Below the pieces are notes generated by a model that worked only from the letters and a program-made list of their open reading frames with translations, was not told the DNA's origin and searched no databases. The translations under genes and the position numbers were made by a program. From Nitrospirota bacterium (GTDB lineage: Bacteria > Nitrospirota > Nitrospiria > Nitrospirales > NS-4): DNA of 64,000 bases. This document shows positions 41,920-51,700 of this stretch, one piece after another (position 1 is the stretch's first letter; every line of letters begins with the position of its first letter). The stretch covers positions 128,001 to 192,000 of the forward strand of contig CAWBGA010000013.1 in the NCBI GenBank assembly GCA_963788195.1, in the 5' to 3' direction.

Positions 41920-42184
41920 GTCATTCTGAGCCCCTTCGCTGTCATCCTGAACGCAGTGAAGGATCTCAATTCGAGGCTCAGGACAGGCTCCGCGAAGAAT
42001 CTAGGCCCTTCACGGAGTTTACCCTGAGCGGGGAGCTTAGATGCTTCGCGGAGTTTATCCTGAGGCGCAAGAGAGATGCTTCACTCCGTTCAGCATGACA
42101 GCCGAAGGATTCAGCATGACAGACGAAGGATTTAGGCTGACGAGCGAAGGGATCAGCATGACAGGCGAAGGGATCAGCGTGACA
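41920..42184. repeat. Nested (T/C)GTCAT-type palindromic REP-like element with four tandem 21-bp units
   Basis: Arms 41940-41967/42073-42100 (25 of 28 complementary) and 41977-42003/42038-42064; 21-mers at 42101, 42122, 42143 and 42164. Confidence 0.85.
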
Positions 42185-42292
42185 GCCCGTAGGTGTACTT
42201 CGCGGCGACCAAGAGCCAGAAAACTTTTCGAAGCTGATTAGGAGCTTGTGATATGCTGCGTCTCTATTCGCGGCGCAAAGGGTGTGTGACAC

Positions 42293-43411
42293 ATGCATGT
42301 TCCCTTGCTTGATCTAAAAGCACAGTATCAACCGATCCGCAAAGAGATCATGGCGGCGCTTGAGGCGGTCTGCGATGAGCAGGCGTTTATCCTGGGGTCT
42401 CGCGTGGCCGAACTGGAGAAAGCGATCCAGGACTACGTCGGCTCCGCGCACGCGGTGGGCGTCGCTTCTGGCACCGACGCGATTTTGCTTGCCCTCATGG
42501 CTTGCGGAGTAGGACCCGGCGACGAAGTCATCACGGCGCCGTATACCTTCTTTGCGACCGCCGGCTCGATTTCGAGGCTCGGCGCCAGGCCTGTGTTCGT
42601 GGACATCCAGCCGTGGAGCTACAATATCGATCCGCGGTTGATTAACGAGGCGATCACCCCCAAAACCAAGGCCATACTGCCTGTGCATCTGTTCGGGCAG
42701 TGCGCCGACATGGAGAAGATTCTGGAAGTGGCCACTGCCCATCGGCTGCCGGTGCTCGAAGATGCCGCGCAGGCCATTGGGGCAGAACGTCGCGGAGGCA
42801 AGGCGGGCGCCATAGGGCAAGCAGGATGTTTCAGTTTCTTTCCCTCCAAGAACCTCGGCGGCTTCGGCGATGGCGGGATGGTCACGACGAACGATCCATC
42901 GATTGCGGAACGCGTACGGCTTCTGCGGGTGCACGGGAGCCGTGAAAAATATCTACATGAGATGGTGGGCCTGAACAGCCGTTTGGATGCCCTGCAGGCC
43001 TCGGTTCTGAAGGTCAAATTGAGGTACCTGGATGGATGGACCCAAGGCCGGCAACGAAACGCTGCCCGCTACGAGAGCCTTTTTGCGGACGCGAAGCTGC
43101 TGGATCGCATCGCGCTGCCCGCTGTGTCTGAACAGAACCGCCATGTGTACAACCAGTACGTGATCCGGGCGCCACAGCGCGACCAACTCCGCACATTTCT
43201 AAAAGAGCAAGGCATCGGCACCGAGATCTACTATCCCACGCCGCTGCATTTACAGCCGTGCTACCAGGATTTGGGGTACAAGCTCGGGGCCTTCCCGCAC
43301 TCCGAAAAGGCCGCGCAAGAGACCTTGGCGCTTCCCATTTACGCGGAACTTACCGAAGAGCAGCAATCCTACGTGGTCGCAAGCATAAATAAGTTCTATT
43401 CGTCCCGCTGA
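42293..43411 (+). CDS. DegT/DnrJ/EryC1/StrS sugar aminotransferase
   Basis: SGTDA, PVHLFGQ, EDAAQA, SFFPSKNLG..GDGG, NSRLD. Confidence 0.95.
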   Translation: MHVPLLDLKAQYQPIRKEIMAALEAVCDEQAFILGSRVAELEKAIQDYVGSAHAVGVASGTDAILLALMACGVGPGDEVITAPYTFFATAGSISRLGARPVFVDIQPWSYNIDPRLINEAITPKTKAILPVHLFGQCADMEKILEVATAHRLPVLEDAAQAIGAERRGGKAGAIGQAGCFSFFPSKNLGGFGDGGMVTTNDPSIAERVRLLRVHGSREKYLHEMVGLNSRLDALQASVLKVKLRYLDGWTQGRQRNAARYESLFADAKLLDRIALPAVSEQNRHVYNQYVIRAPQRDQLRTFLKEQGIGTEIYYPTPLHLQPCYQDLGYKLGAFPHSEKAAQETLALPIYAELTEEQQSYVVASINKFYSSR

Positions 43412-43418
43412 GTCTGAC

Positions 43419-43443
43419 AAAAGGGGACAGGCTACTTTGTTTC
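43419..43443. repeat. Single GGGGACAG-type arm at the left edge of the transposase island
   Basis: AAAAGGGGACAGGCTACTTTGTTTC; core identical to 60405-60424. Confidence 0.8.
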
Positions 43444-43630
43444 GGGTTCGCGGGGGCGGCCGCGGGGTCGCAGTGTCGATTGGAGGCCACATGCCTGTGC
43501 CACAAGCAATTGCCACGCAGGTGCGCCGAATGGCGCTTGTCGGTTTACGCATGTACGAATGGCGGTGAGTTCATGCGCATAGAGCGGTTCACTCGACCCG
43601 CTCGTTCCAGGTAGAGGGTACCTTGGGAAA

Positions 43631-44401
43631 AAAAATGGGGTCAGACTCGACTAATGGCGTGTTTCGGGGGGCGTCCTTTCGGCAGCGGACAGACGCGGCG
43701 TTGGGCGAGCGCCGCCACGGCCGCTTGAAATCGATCGCTGCCCAAGACCCAGGCCTTGTTCGTGGCATCGCGGATCGCAGCATAGGCGGAGTCGTCCACA
43801 TGACCTGCGAACAGAGCCCGGTAAGCGATCTGCCGCTCCTCGGCGGTCGTCGCGACGGCCAGGTACAAGGCGTGATCGGTGATGAGAGGATCGTTCGTCC
43901 CATGCGCATGATGGCGATAACTCGACCAGGGGTACTCGCCCGGCGTATCCACCATGTGGGCGCGCACCGGATTGAGTTCAATGTACCGGGCACACTGCAG
44001 AAAATACTGTTCGCTATCAATCACTGTCGCCCGGTAGCGGCCTTCCCACAAGGTACCGGTGCGCTGGTACGCGGTATTGAAGTGTTGCACGTAGCGCCGC
44101 CCTACTGATTGCACGATCTTGGGGAGGCTGTCGGCATGCTGAGGCGTCACGAGCAGGTGCACATGGTTGGTCATCAACACATAGGCGTGGATAGCGGCCC
44201 CATGGCGGTGCGTTGCGGTCAGGAGACAATGCAGGTAAAAGGAATAATCCCTCTCAGCGACAAAGATCGGAGACCGGTTATTCCCACGGTGAATCACATG
44301 CTGGGGTTGGTCAGGCAGAAAGTAGCGGGGGAGTCGCGCCATCCTGAAAGATTGGACATCCCTTGTCGCACAAACGATAAGTCGAGTCTGACCCCATTTT
44401 T
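43631..44401 (-). mobile_element. Inverted-repeat-capped Y1 tyrosine transposase element 1
   Basis: Perfect 22-bp terminal inverted repeats AAAAATGGGGTCAGACTCGACT at 43631-43652 and 44380-44401 around the transposase. Confidence 0.85.
43641..44342 (-). CDS. REP-associated tyrosine (Y1/HUH) transposase
   Basis: MARLPR..HVIHRGNNR..AYVLMTNHVHLL..GTLWEGRY..YIELNPVRA..YPWSSY. Confidence 0.93.
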   Translation of the reverse strand: MARLPRYFLPDQPQHVIHRGNNRSPIFVAERDYSFYLHCLLTATHRHGAAIHAYVLMTNHVHLLVTPQHADSLPKIVQSVGRRYVQHFNTAYQRTGTLWEGRYRATVIDSEQYFLQCARYIELNPVRAHMVDTPGEYPWSSYRHHAHGTNDPLITDHALYLAVATTAEERQIAYRALFAGHVDDSAYAAIRDATNKAWVLGSDRFQAAVAALAQRRVCPLPKGRPPKHAISRV

Positions 44402-44497
44402 AGATTCTATTTTAATTGGTAAGATTCCTAGTCCCTATACTCTTGAGGATCGTTCCTCTAACCGTTATGGTTTGGTTAGGCTTATGCGCGACCTGCG

Positions 44498-44909
44498 ATG
44501 AACTTCATTAATCTTCGGGCTTATGGGCCGGACTTTTCTGTGGAAGAGTTTCTCGCCGAGCACCGACTCGACGTGACGTTCCATTTGGCGCAAGGGTGAC
44601 GATCGACACTCGGGACGTAAGCACGAAGACTCTGGCTTTGACATTGGATTTCCGGATGCCGCCTCTTGGGTTGTTGGCCTCCCAGTCATTCGCACCTTCC
44701 TTGATTCCAACGCAGCAGCTTTAGAGAAACTTCGCTTATTGGGCGTCTGCGTCGACCTAGATATTGGCGTTACTGTTGGAGAAGAGCAATCTTTCGCTCC
44801 GACGTTGGAGTTTCCACAAGGCTTCCTCACGCTACTTGTGACACTGGGAGTCAATCTTAATGTTGCGGCTTATCCAACGAGTGACGAAGTGAAAGACGCA
44901 GACAAATAA
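44498..44909 (+). CDS. Hypothetical protein, DUF4279-like (about 136 aa, +1 break near 44579), absent from the ORF track
   Basis: MNFINLRAYGPDFSVEEFL.. then IWRKGD..SGFDI..LDIGV..FP..L..LGVNLNVAAYP. Confidence 0.6.
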
Positions 44910-45679
44910 GTAGGGTCAGAGTCCAGTTTCTCGGGCCTGTTTGGGCCTGCCAGGCGGCATCGGGCGTACACGACGTTGTAGGAGAGCAACGATTTGGTCT
45001 TGAAAGTGAGGATGACCCAACACCCAGGCTTTGTTAGTCGCATGACGAATGGCGTCAATCTGCAGATCGTCCTTGGCAGTCTTAAACAATCCACGATAGG
45101 CCCGCTGTCGTTCTTCAATCGTAGACCCGAGGGCTAAATAACAGGGATGTTCGACGATCAACCGATCGGCAATGCCCTGCGCATGTAAATGATAGCTTGA
45201 CCACGGATAATCGCGTGGGTGGGCAGCCATGCCGGCTCGTACTGGATTGAGTTCGATGTAGCGACAACAGCACAAGAAGTACAACTCGCTGTCAATGACG
45301 GTGGCTCTATAGCGTCCTTCCCAGAGAGTGCCCGTCCGCTGGTACGTATCATTGAAATACCGCACATAGCGTCGGCCCACCGATTGTAAGACTCGGGCGA
45401 GACTATCAGGACGTCGTGGCGTCATCAGCAGATGCACATGGTTGGTCATAAATACATAGGCATGAACGTCGGCCGGGTAACGGGACGTGGCGTCCGCGAG
45501 GCAATCTCTGTAACATAAATAGTCTTCGGCGGTCACGAATATGGGGCCGCGGTTATTCCCGCGCTGAATGACGTGCTGCGGATAGTCGGGCAGGCAGTAG
45601 CGAGGGCAGTCTGGCCATGGCGAATAATGAGACACCGGGACTTGACTAGACGCATAAATGGACTCTGACCCTATTTATT
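44905..45679 (-). mobile_element. Inverted-repeat-capped Y1 tyrosine transposase element 2
   Basis: AATAAGTAGGGTCAGAGTCCA (44905-44925) and TGGACTCTGACCCTATTTATT (45659-45679); 21 bp, one mismatch. Confidence 0.85.
44916..45618 (-). CDS. REP-associated tyrosine (Y1/HUH) transposase, paralog 2 (+1 break just after the start)
   Basis: ATG at 45618 gives MARLP, then RYCLPDYPQHVIQRGNNR..MTNHVHLL..YIELNPVRA. Confidence 0.9.
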
Positions 45680-47540
45680 GTGATCGCCGCAACTCATTTC
45701 TCCGATTACTGAAAAGGCTAGAGCGTCGTATCGATGGCGGCGCCCGAATCAGTCGACGACTGAGCTATGTCCGCTTGGGGCTGTTTACGGCTGTGGTGGG
45801 ATGTGTGGCTGTGTACCAATCACCCTGGGGATCTTTGGGCGCCTGGTTACTCCCTCCTGTTCTTCTCGCTTTTCTCGCGGTTGTCTGGATTCACTCGCGC
45901 CTTGAACATCGCATCCAGCGTCTCCGTGTGTGGCGAACAATTAAAACCACGAATCTGGCTCGCCATCAACTGGATTGGGACGCGCTTCCTCCGTTCTCTG
46001 GTGAGCCGGCGTTCGGAGGAGACCGGCACTTTTATGCAGGGGACATTGACATTACCGGCCGATATGGCCTGCTTCGGCTTATAGATACTACGGCGTCGAA
46101 CATGGGTCAAAGGCGACTCGGGGCCTGGCTTCTTGATCAGAACGACGAGTCTTTAGGCCTTGCACCATGGTTGACACGCCAAGGACTGATTCGAGAACTC
46201 GCTGCGCTCTCGCTGTTTCGCGACCGTATCACCCTTGAAGCCGCCCTCGTGGGTAAAGCCGAAATCAGCGGAGAACGCATTGGGCAGCTCCTTGAGCAGC
46301 CGGTTGGATTCAAAGGACTCTTGCCGGCACTGTGGGTCTTGGGAATCCTATCGGTTATGACCGCAGTGTTGCTTACTCTGACATTCGTCATGCCGTTTCC
46401 AGATATTGGCTATGGTCGTTTCTCCTCTATGTCATTGTCTATCTTTCTGTCCTGAACAATATAAGCGAGGTCTTCAGCCGGGCGCTCTCCTTGCACGGTG
46501 GGTTTAAGACCCTCACGGCTGTGTTCCGTTATGTGGAAAAACGCAGATATCCGACGACCCCAATTCTTGCTGAGCTCTGCGCCCCATTCAACCAACAAGC
46601 GCTTCGACCGTCAGAAGCCACAAAACAAGTTGAGCGGATTTGTGCCGCGCTCAGCATACGGGGATTCGGTTTAGCTCACATTATCGTAAACGCCCTGTGT
46701 CCCTGGGACTTGTGGTTTACCCACCGGCTCGAACACTGGCGCGGCATGGTCAAACCGTATCTGCCTAACTGGCTGGATCGCTTTGCGACACTGGATGCGG
46801 CCTCGGCCCTGGCTACTTTTGCCTCTCTTCATCCCTTGTTTCAGTGGCCTGTCTTACAGGAGCACATGGATGCAGATGGAGGCAATGGACTCATCGCGCA
46901 GGATCTGGGTCATCCTCTAATCAAGCAAGCCTTTCGCGTTTCAAATGACGTGGCCATTCGCGGCCTCGGTCACCTCGTGATCGTGACGGGATCAAATATG
47001 TCAGGAAAGAGTTCATTTCTAAGAACCATTGGCATGAACATCTGCCTTGCGCAGGCGGGGGGACCTGTCTGCGCGACCTCTTTCAGATGGAGCTGGGTTC
47101 GATTGATGTGCTGTATTCGAGTCAATGACTCGCTGGAAGAGGGGATCTCATATTTTTATGCCGAGGTTAAGCGGCTTAAGCGCATCATCGACGCTGTGCA
47201 AGACCGGACCGCTCCTCCGGTATTGTTCTTGATTGATGAGATCTTTAAGGGCACCAATAACCGGGAACGCCTGATCGGCGCGCAGGCCTTTGCGAAACAC
47301 TTGGTGAGGGGCAATGCATTCGGCTTTATTAGTACGCATGATCTGGAGATGACCAGGCTCGAAAAGGAAGTGCCAGGTATTGTCAATGTGCACTTCCGTG
47401 AATCCGTCGAATCTGGACGGTTACAATTTGATTACCGCTTACGACCCGGTCCGTGTCCGACTACGAACGCGCTGAAAATTATGGCTTTGGAAGGGCTTCC
47501 CATTCCTGATGAAAGCTTCGATACTTTTTCTGAGAGTTAA
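45658..47540 (+). CDS. Membrane-anchored MutS-related (domain V) ATPase; frame break near 46400
   Basis: N-terminal TM segments, GHPL, TGSNMSGKS, SYFYAEVKRLK, LIDEIFKGTN, STHD, TTNA. Confidence 0.88.
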
Positions 47541-47720
47541 GGCTCAGCGCCTTTCCTCCCCCTCCTCCGAATGCTAGCACGCGAGTTCGCTCGAGTTAGC
47601 GTGTGATGAAGACCGCGCCGCGCTGGTCCCGCATGAAAAGGCGGATGATTACTCCGGTGATCCAGCCGGCAACGCCGAGCGCGGATTGCATGCGGTGTAA
47701 TTAAAAAATAACAACTGCCC

Positions 47721-47750
47721 AAAAGGGACAGGCTCAGCCTGTCCCCTTTT
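47721..47750. terminator. Compact GGGACAG-family hairpin, probable terminator between convergent genes
   Basis: AAAAGGGACAGGCT-C-AGCCTGTCCCCTTTT with A/T tails on both sides. Confidence 0.7.
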
Positions 47751-47751
47751 C

Positions 47752-48928
47752 CTAGACGGCGTTGCCGGCGGCGGCGCCCGACGCCCAGGCCCACTGGAAA
47801 TTGTAGCCACCCAGCCGTCCGGTCACGTCGACGACTTCCCCAATGAAGAACAATCCGGGCACCTTCTTCGCCTCCATGGTCTGAGAAGACAGCTCGTCGG
47901 TATCGACGCCACCACGCGTGACCTCCGCCTTGCGAAAGCCCTCGGTGCCCCCGGGCGTGATCGTCCAGCGGTGCACGGCGCGTGTGAGGTCTTGTAGCTG
48001 GCGCTCCGGCAACCGTGCCACCGGACCCGCGATCCCCGCCCGCTCGCAGAGCCGCTCTGCCCAGCGCCGCGGCAGACGCTCACCAAGCAAGGTCTTTGTC
48101 TCCGCGCGCACGCCTGCCTTGCGCGCGGCCGCGAGCGAGGCGCCAAGGTCATGGTCCGGCAGAAGGTCGATGGTGAATGCTTCCCCCGGATGCCAGTCGA
48201 GCGAGGATTGCAGGATTGCCGGGCCGCTTAGTCCGGTGTGTGTGACGAGGACATTCTCGCGGAACGAGACGCCGTTGCAGCTGACGAGCGCGTCGGTGGC
48301 AGACCCCGGCCAGCCCCTCAATGGCCTCACGATCGGCGCCGTCGAGTGTGATCGCGACCAGCGCCGGAGTAGGCTCCACAATGCCGAGCCCGAATTGGCG
48401 CGCGAGGCGGTAGCCCAGATCGCTGGCCCCGGTCTTGGGGTATGACAGGCCACCGGTGGCGACCACGAGCGAGCGGCACGCGAAGGCATCGAGACTTGTT
48501 TCAACCACGAACCCATCAGTCCTGCGCACGGCGTTGACGCGGGTGCCGACGTGAAACTCCGCGCCTGCCTTTCCGCATTCCGCCAGCAGCATGTCGACGA
48601 TCTGCTGCGCCGAGCCGTCGCAGAAGAGCTGTCCGAGCTTCTTTTCGTGATAGGCGATGCCGTGCGCGCGGACCATCCCGATGAAGTCGGACGGCGTGAA
48701 GCGCGCGAGGGCCGACTTGCAGAAATGAGGATTGGACGACACGTAGGCGCCGGCATCGACGTGTAGATTGGTGAAGTTGCAGCGCCCCCCGCCGGAGATT
48801 AGGATTTTCTTGCCGATCCGCGGCGCGTGCTCGAGCAGAGCCACCCGCCGGCCCCGGCGGCCGGCATGGATCGCGCACATCATGCCGGCGCCACCCGCGC
48901 CGATGATAATGACGTCGTACTGCCGCAC
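47752..48928 (-). CDS. NAD(P)/FAD-dependent oxidoreductase, HI0933/YhiN family (+1 break near 48305)
   Basis: GAGGAG, GKKILISGGGRCNFTN, ATGGLSYP, THTGLSGP, VTRGGV, GGYNFQWA. Confidence 0.93.
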
Positions 48929-48943
48929 GGCGAAGAGAGCGCC

Positions 48944-50338
48944 TCACTCTTTTGTGACCGGCAGCCCGGCCTTTTTCCAGGCCGCCATACCGCCAAGGAC
49001 GTTCGTCACATCGGGATGACCTTCATGCAGAAGAAGACTTGCAGAAACCGACGAGCGATAGCCGCTGCCGCAAATCACCGCCACGGGGCGATCCTTCGGC
49101 ACCTCGTGTACCCGCTTTGGCAGTTCCGCGCCGGGCAGATACATGGCCCCCTCGATATGTCCTGCGCGCCACTCATTCGGCTGTCGAACATCCAGGATGA
49201 GAACGTTACGCTCCTTCGTTTTCTTCTCCAGGTCCCACACGGTCCATTCGGGCATGGTGCGAATCGGGAGCGCGGCCGTCCGCCAGGCCAGCATTCCGCC
49301 CGCCAGCCACCCATGCGGCATTTCGAAGCCGATGCGGAGAAGATGCCAGCACACCTTGGAGAGATCCTCGTGGTCCTCCAATACCACTACATAAGGTGTA
49401 CCCGCCGGGAGCACGGTTCCCGCCCATACCGGAAAGGAGGGGCCAAGTCCGGCGTTCAACGCGCCGGGGATGTGTCCCCCTCCAAACGCTTCCGGCGACC
49501 GGCAATCAAGAACGATTGCACCCTGTTGTATTTTTTCCTGCACGGTCTCCGGCTGAAGCGCCGGCGGTTCGGGGAGGACACCGAGTAAGGGTGGGCCCTC
49601 TGTGTTCAGCGTGCGCATTCGCTTCCAGTATGGGGGGACCGCGGGAAGGGAATCCAGGTCTACGCATTTTTTGACGAACTCGGACTTCGACGTCATGCCC
49701 GCCAGCATCTTGTTCATGCGTCGCTCGTATCCAATCGTCGTCGAAAGTCTGCTACTGATGTGCCCTCCGCACAACGATCCCGCCACATGAGTAGGGTAGA
49801 CCTCTACAAAATCATCGAGCGTCAGCACTTTTTCCTTGAGGGTGTGACACAATTGAGACGCATGTTGCTCGGTCTGCTCGCGCCCTCCCAGCAGATCCGG
49901 ACGACCGACATCGCCGACAAGCAAGGCGCCTCCCGAAAGGAACAGCGCCGGCGCTTCCCCACGCGAACCATCCCTGACGAGAATACTGATGTGCTCAGGG
50001 GTATGCCCGGGAGTGTGCAGCACCTCGAACGTGACCTCGCCCATTTCCAGGCGTTCACCATCCGCCAGGCGCCGCGCCTGATACTTCACATGGGAGTGGG
50101 CCCCTGAAAGCAGCGCGACCTCCGCGCGGGCCGCAAGCTCGAGGCATCCTGATAGGTAATCGTTGTGCTGATGGGAGTCAGCGGCGTAGCAAATCCGAAG
50201 TCCATGAGCCCGGGCTTCCTCAAAATACAACTCCACATCCCTGCGTGGATCGAGAACAAAGGCCTCCCCCGTCTCCTCCGAGCCAATGAGATAGGAGGCG
50301 TGCCCCAGACTCTCGAGATAAAACTGCTTAAAGATCAT
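48944..50338 (-). CDS. MBL-fold hydrolase (persulfide dioxygenase-like) with two rhodanese domains
   Basis: SHQHNDY, HTPGHTPEH, VGDVGRPDL, GHIPGA, CGSGYRS. Confidence 0.9.
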   Translation of the reverse strand: MIFKQFYLESLGHASYLIGSEETGEAFVLDPRRDVELYFEEARAHGLRICYAADSHQHNDYLSGCLELAARAEVALLSGAHSHVKYQARRLADGERLEMGEVTFEVLHTPGHTPEHISILVRDGSRGEAPALFLSGGALLVGDVGRPDLLGGREQTEQHASQLCHTLKEKVLTLDDFVEVYPTHVAGSLCGGHISSRLSTTIGYERRMNKMLAGMTSKSEFVKKCVDLDSLPAVPPYWKRMRTLNTEGPPLLGVLPEPPALQPETVQEKIQQGAIVLDCRSPEAFGGGHIPGALNAGLGPSFPVWAGTVLPAGTPYVVVLEDHEDLSKVCWHLLRIGFEMPHGWLAGGMLAWRTAALPIRTMPEWTVWDLEKKTKERNVLILDVRQPNEWRAGHIEGAMYLPGAELPKRVHEVPKDRPVAVICGSGYRSSVSASLLLHEGHPDVTNVLGGMAAWKKAGLPVTKE

Positions 50339-51038
50339 GTTGCCTCTCCTTCAAGCGCTCTCCGATCAGTCGCAGCGCTCCTGCTGTGCGTTTGGACAGG
50401 CTCTTGTCCTTTCCGGCCACCTTGATGAAGGCGTTCAGGTCTTCGATCTCATCAAGGTCGCGGAGCGATGGCAGCAGGGCCACGGACAATCCCAGCGTCG
50501 CCGCTTTCTTTTGGGTCTCCTCCAGCACGGTGGCCGTGCTCCATGCGATGCCACAGAAAAGCTCCGGCGCAGGCCGGGAAAGAGCGATGAGATAATAGCC
50601 GCCATCCAACGTCGGCCCCATCACGAGATCATGACTGCCGAGTTCAGTCGCCGTCTGGGAAAAATGTCCGCGATGGAGATTGGGAAGGTCGGTCCCGGTC
50701 AGAATCACTTTTTGATGTCCGAGCGCGAAGGCCTTCTGCATTACGCCAGACATGCGCGCTCCCAAGTCATCGCCCTCTTGGGGCAGAAGCCGGGCGCTGT
50801 AGCGCCCTTCCAGGACCTTGAAAAACGGATGGGCCATGTCAGGCGCACACGCCACGTAAAGCGTCACCCCTGTGAGGCCTTGCGCTTGCTCAATCGCATC
50901 CAGCACCAGGCTTCCGTGGAGAGATGCCGCTTCATCGGGGGTCAGCGGAGGGCAGAGCCTCGTTTTCACGGTTCCCGGAACCGGCGCCTTCGTAAAGATG
51001 ATAAGGGCTGTGTTTGCTACCGCGCTTCGGGATACCAC
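50328..51038 (-). CDS. DUF2064/TIGR04282-family glycosyltransferase-like protein
   Basis: IFTKAPVPGTVKTRL, QEGDDLGARM, GTDLP, GPTLDGGYYL, DLD; start codon uncertain. Confidence 0.88.
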   Translation of the reverse strand: MVSRSAVANTALIIFTKAPVPGTVKTRLCPPLTPDEAASLHGSLVLDAIEQAQGLTGVTLYVACAPDMAHPFFKVLEGRYSARLLPQEGDDLGARMSGVMQKAFALGHQKVILTGTDLPNLHRGHFSQTATELGSHDLVMGPTLDGGYYLIALSRPAPELFCGIAWSTATVLEETQKKAATLGLSVALLPSLRDLDEIEDLNAFIKVAGKDKSLSKRTAGALRLIGERLKERQHDL

Positions 51039-51700
51039 TGTTTTAGTCGCCCGGGCGGGACGCCGGCAAAATATAACAGGCGGAGCACCCACATGAGTAC
51101 GATCGTCCGGATGGTTCCGTGACGCGTCCAGCGGCGAGCGGACGTGACCACACAACTGTCGATGGCCGCGATTCGTCCCTTGTGTTTCAGCGCCCTGCTG
51201 AAAGCGATGTCTTCCATGATCGGAATATCAGGAAACCCGCCCACGGCCTCAAACACGGCTCTTCGAACAAACAGAGCCTGATCGCCCGTGGCGATGCTGG
51301 TGACCCGGGAGCGAAAGTTCATGAGCCGGGATACGATCCACAGCCAGGCCGTGTCCCTGTCAAGCCTGACGTCGAATCGCCCGCCGATAATGTGGGGATC
51401 TTGTAAGGCCGCCACGATATCGTCGCCGGCTGTCTGGGGCAGCAGGGTGTCGGCGTGCAGGAACAGTAAGATGTCCCCGGAGGAAGCTGCTGCGCCGGTG
51501 TTCATCTGCCGGGCGCGGCCTTTGGGCGCCGAGAGGAGGCGAGCCTTTGGAGAGACCCTCGCGGCACGTGACAGGGTCTCATCCTGGCTGCCCCCGTCCA
51601 CGATCAGGATCTCAGTAAAGGCGGGATGCTGCAGACCGCGCAATGTATGTTCGATAGTCGATGCTTCGTTCAGAGTCGGAATGATGACCGAGATGGTCAT
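51017..51700 (-). CDS. GT2/TIGR04283-family glycosyltransferase
   Basis: ISVIIPTLNE, DGGSQD, GRARQMN, FLHAD, GDQA, MED, TSARRW. Confidence 0.92.
   Translation of the reverse strand: MTISVIIPTLNEASTIEHTLRGLQHPAFTEILIVDGGSQDETLSRAARVSPKARLLSAPKGRARQMNTGAAASSGDILLFLHADTLLPQTAGDDIVAALQDPHIIGGRFDVRLDRDTAWLWIVSRLMNFRSRVTSIATGDQALFVRRAVFEAVGGFPDIPIMEDIAFSRALKHKGRIAAIDSCVVTSARRWTRHGTIRTIVLMWVLRLLYFAGVPPGRLKQWYPEAR

Noticed and set aside
42101..42184. 21-bp tandem units as a CRISPR array or coding repeat
   Set aside because: No spacers; the units are copies of a palindrome arm, and the overlapping ORFs are repeat translations
43491..43568. 25-aa ORF MPVPQAIATQVRRMALVGLRMYEWR after GGAGG
   Set aside because: Very short, with tight SD spacing and no recognisable features; cannot be supported
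44455..44481. Integron attC site (CTAAC...GTTAGGC)
   Set aside because: The boxes are only about 12 nt apart, far shorter than an attC, and there is no integrase in the window
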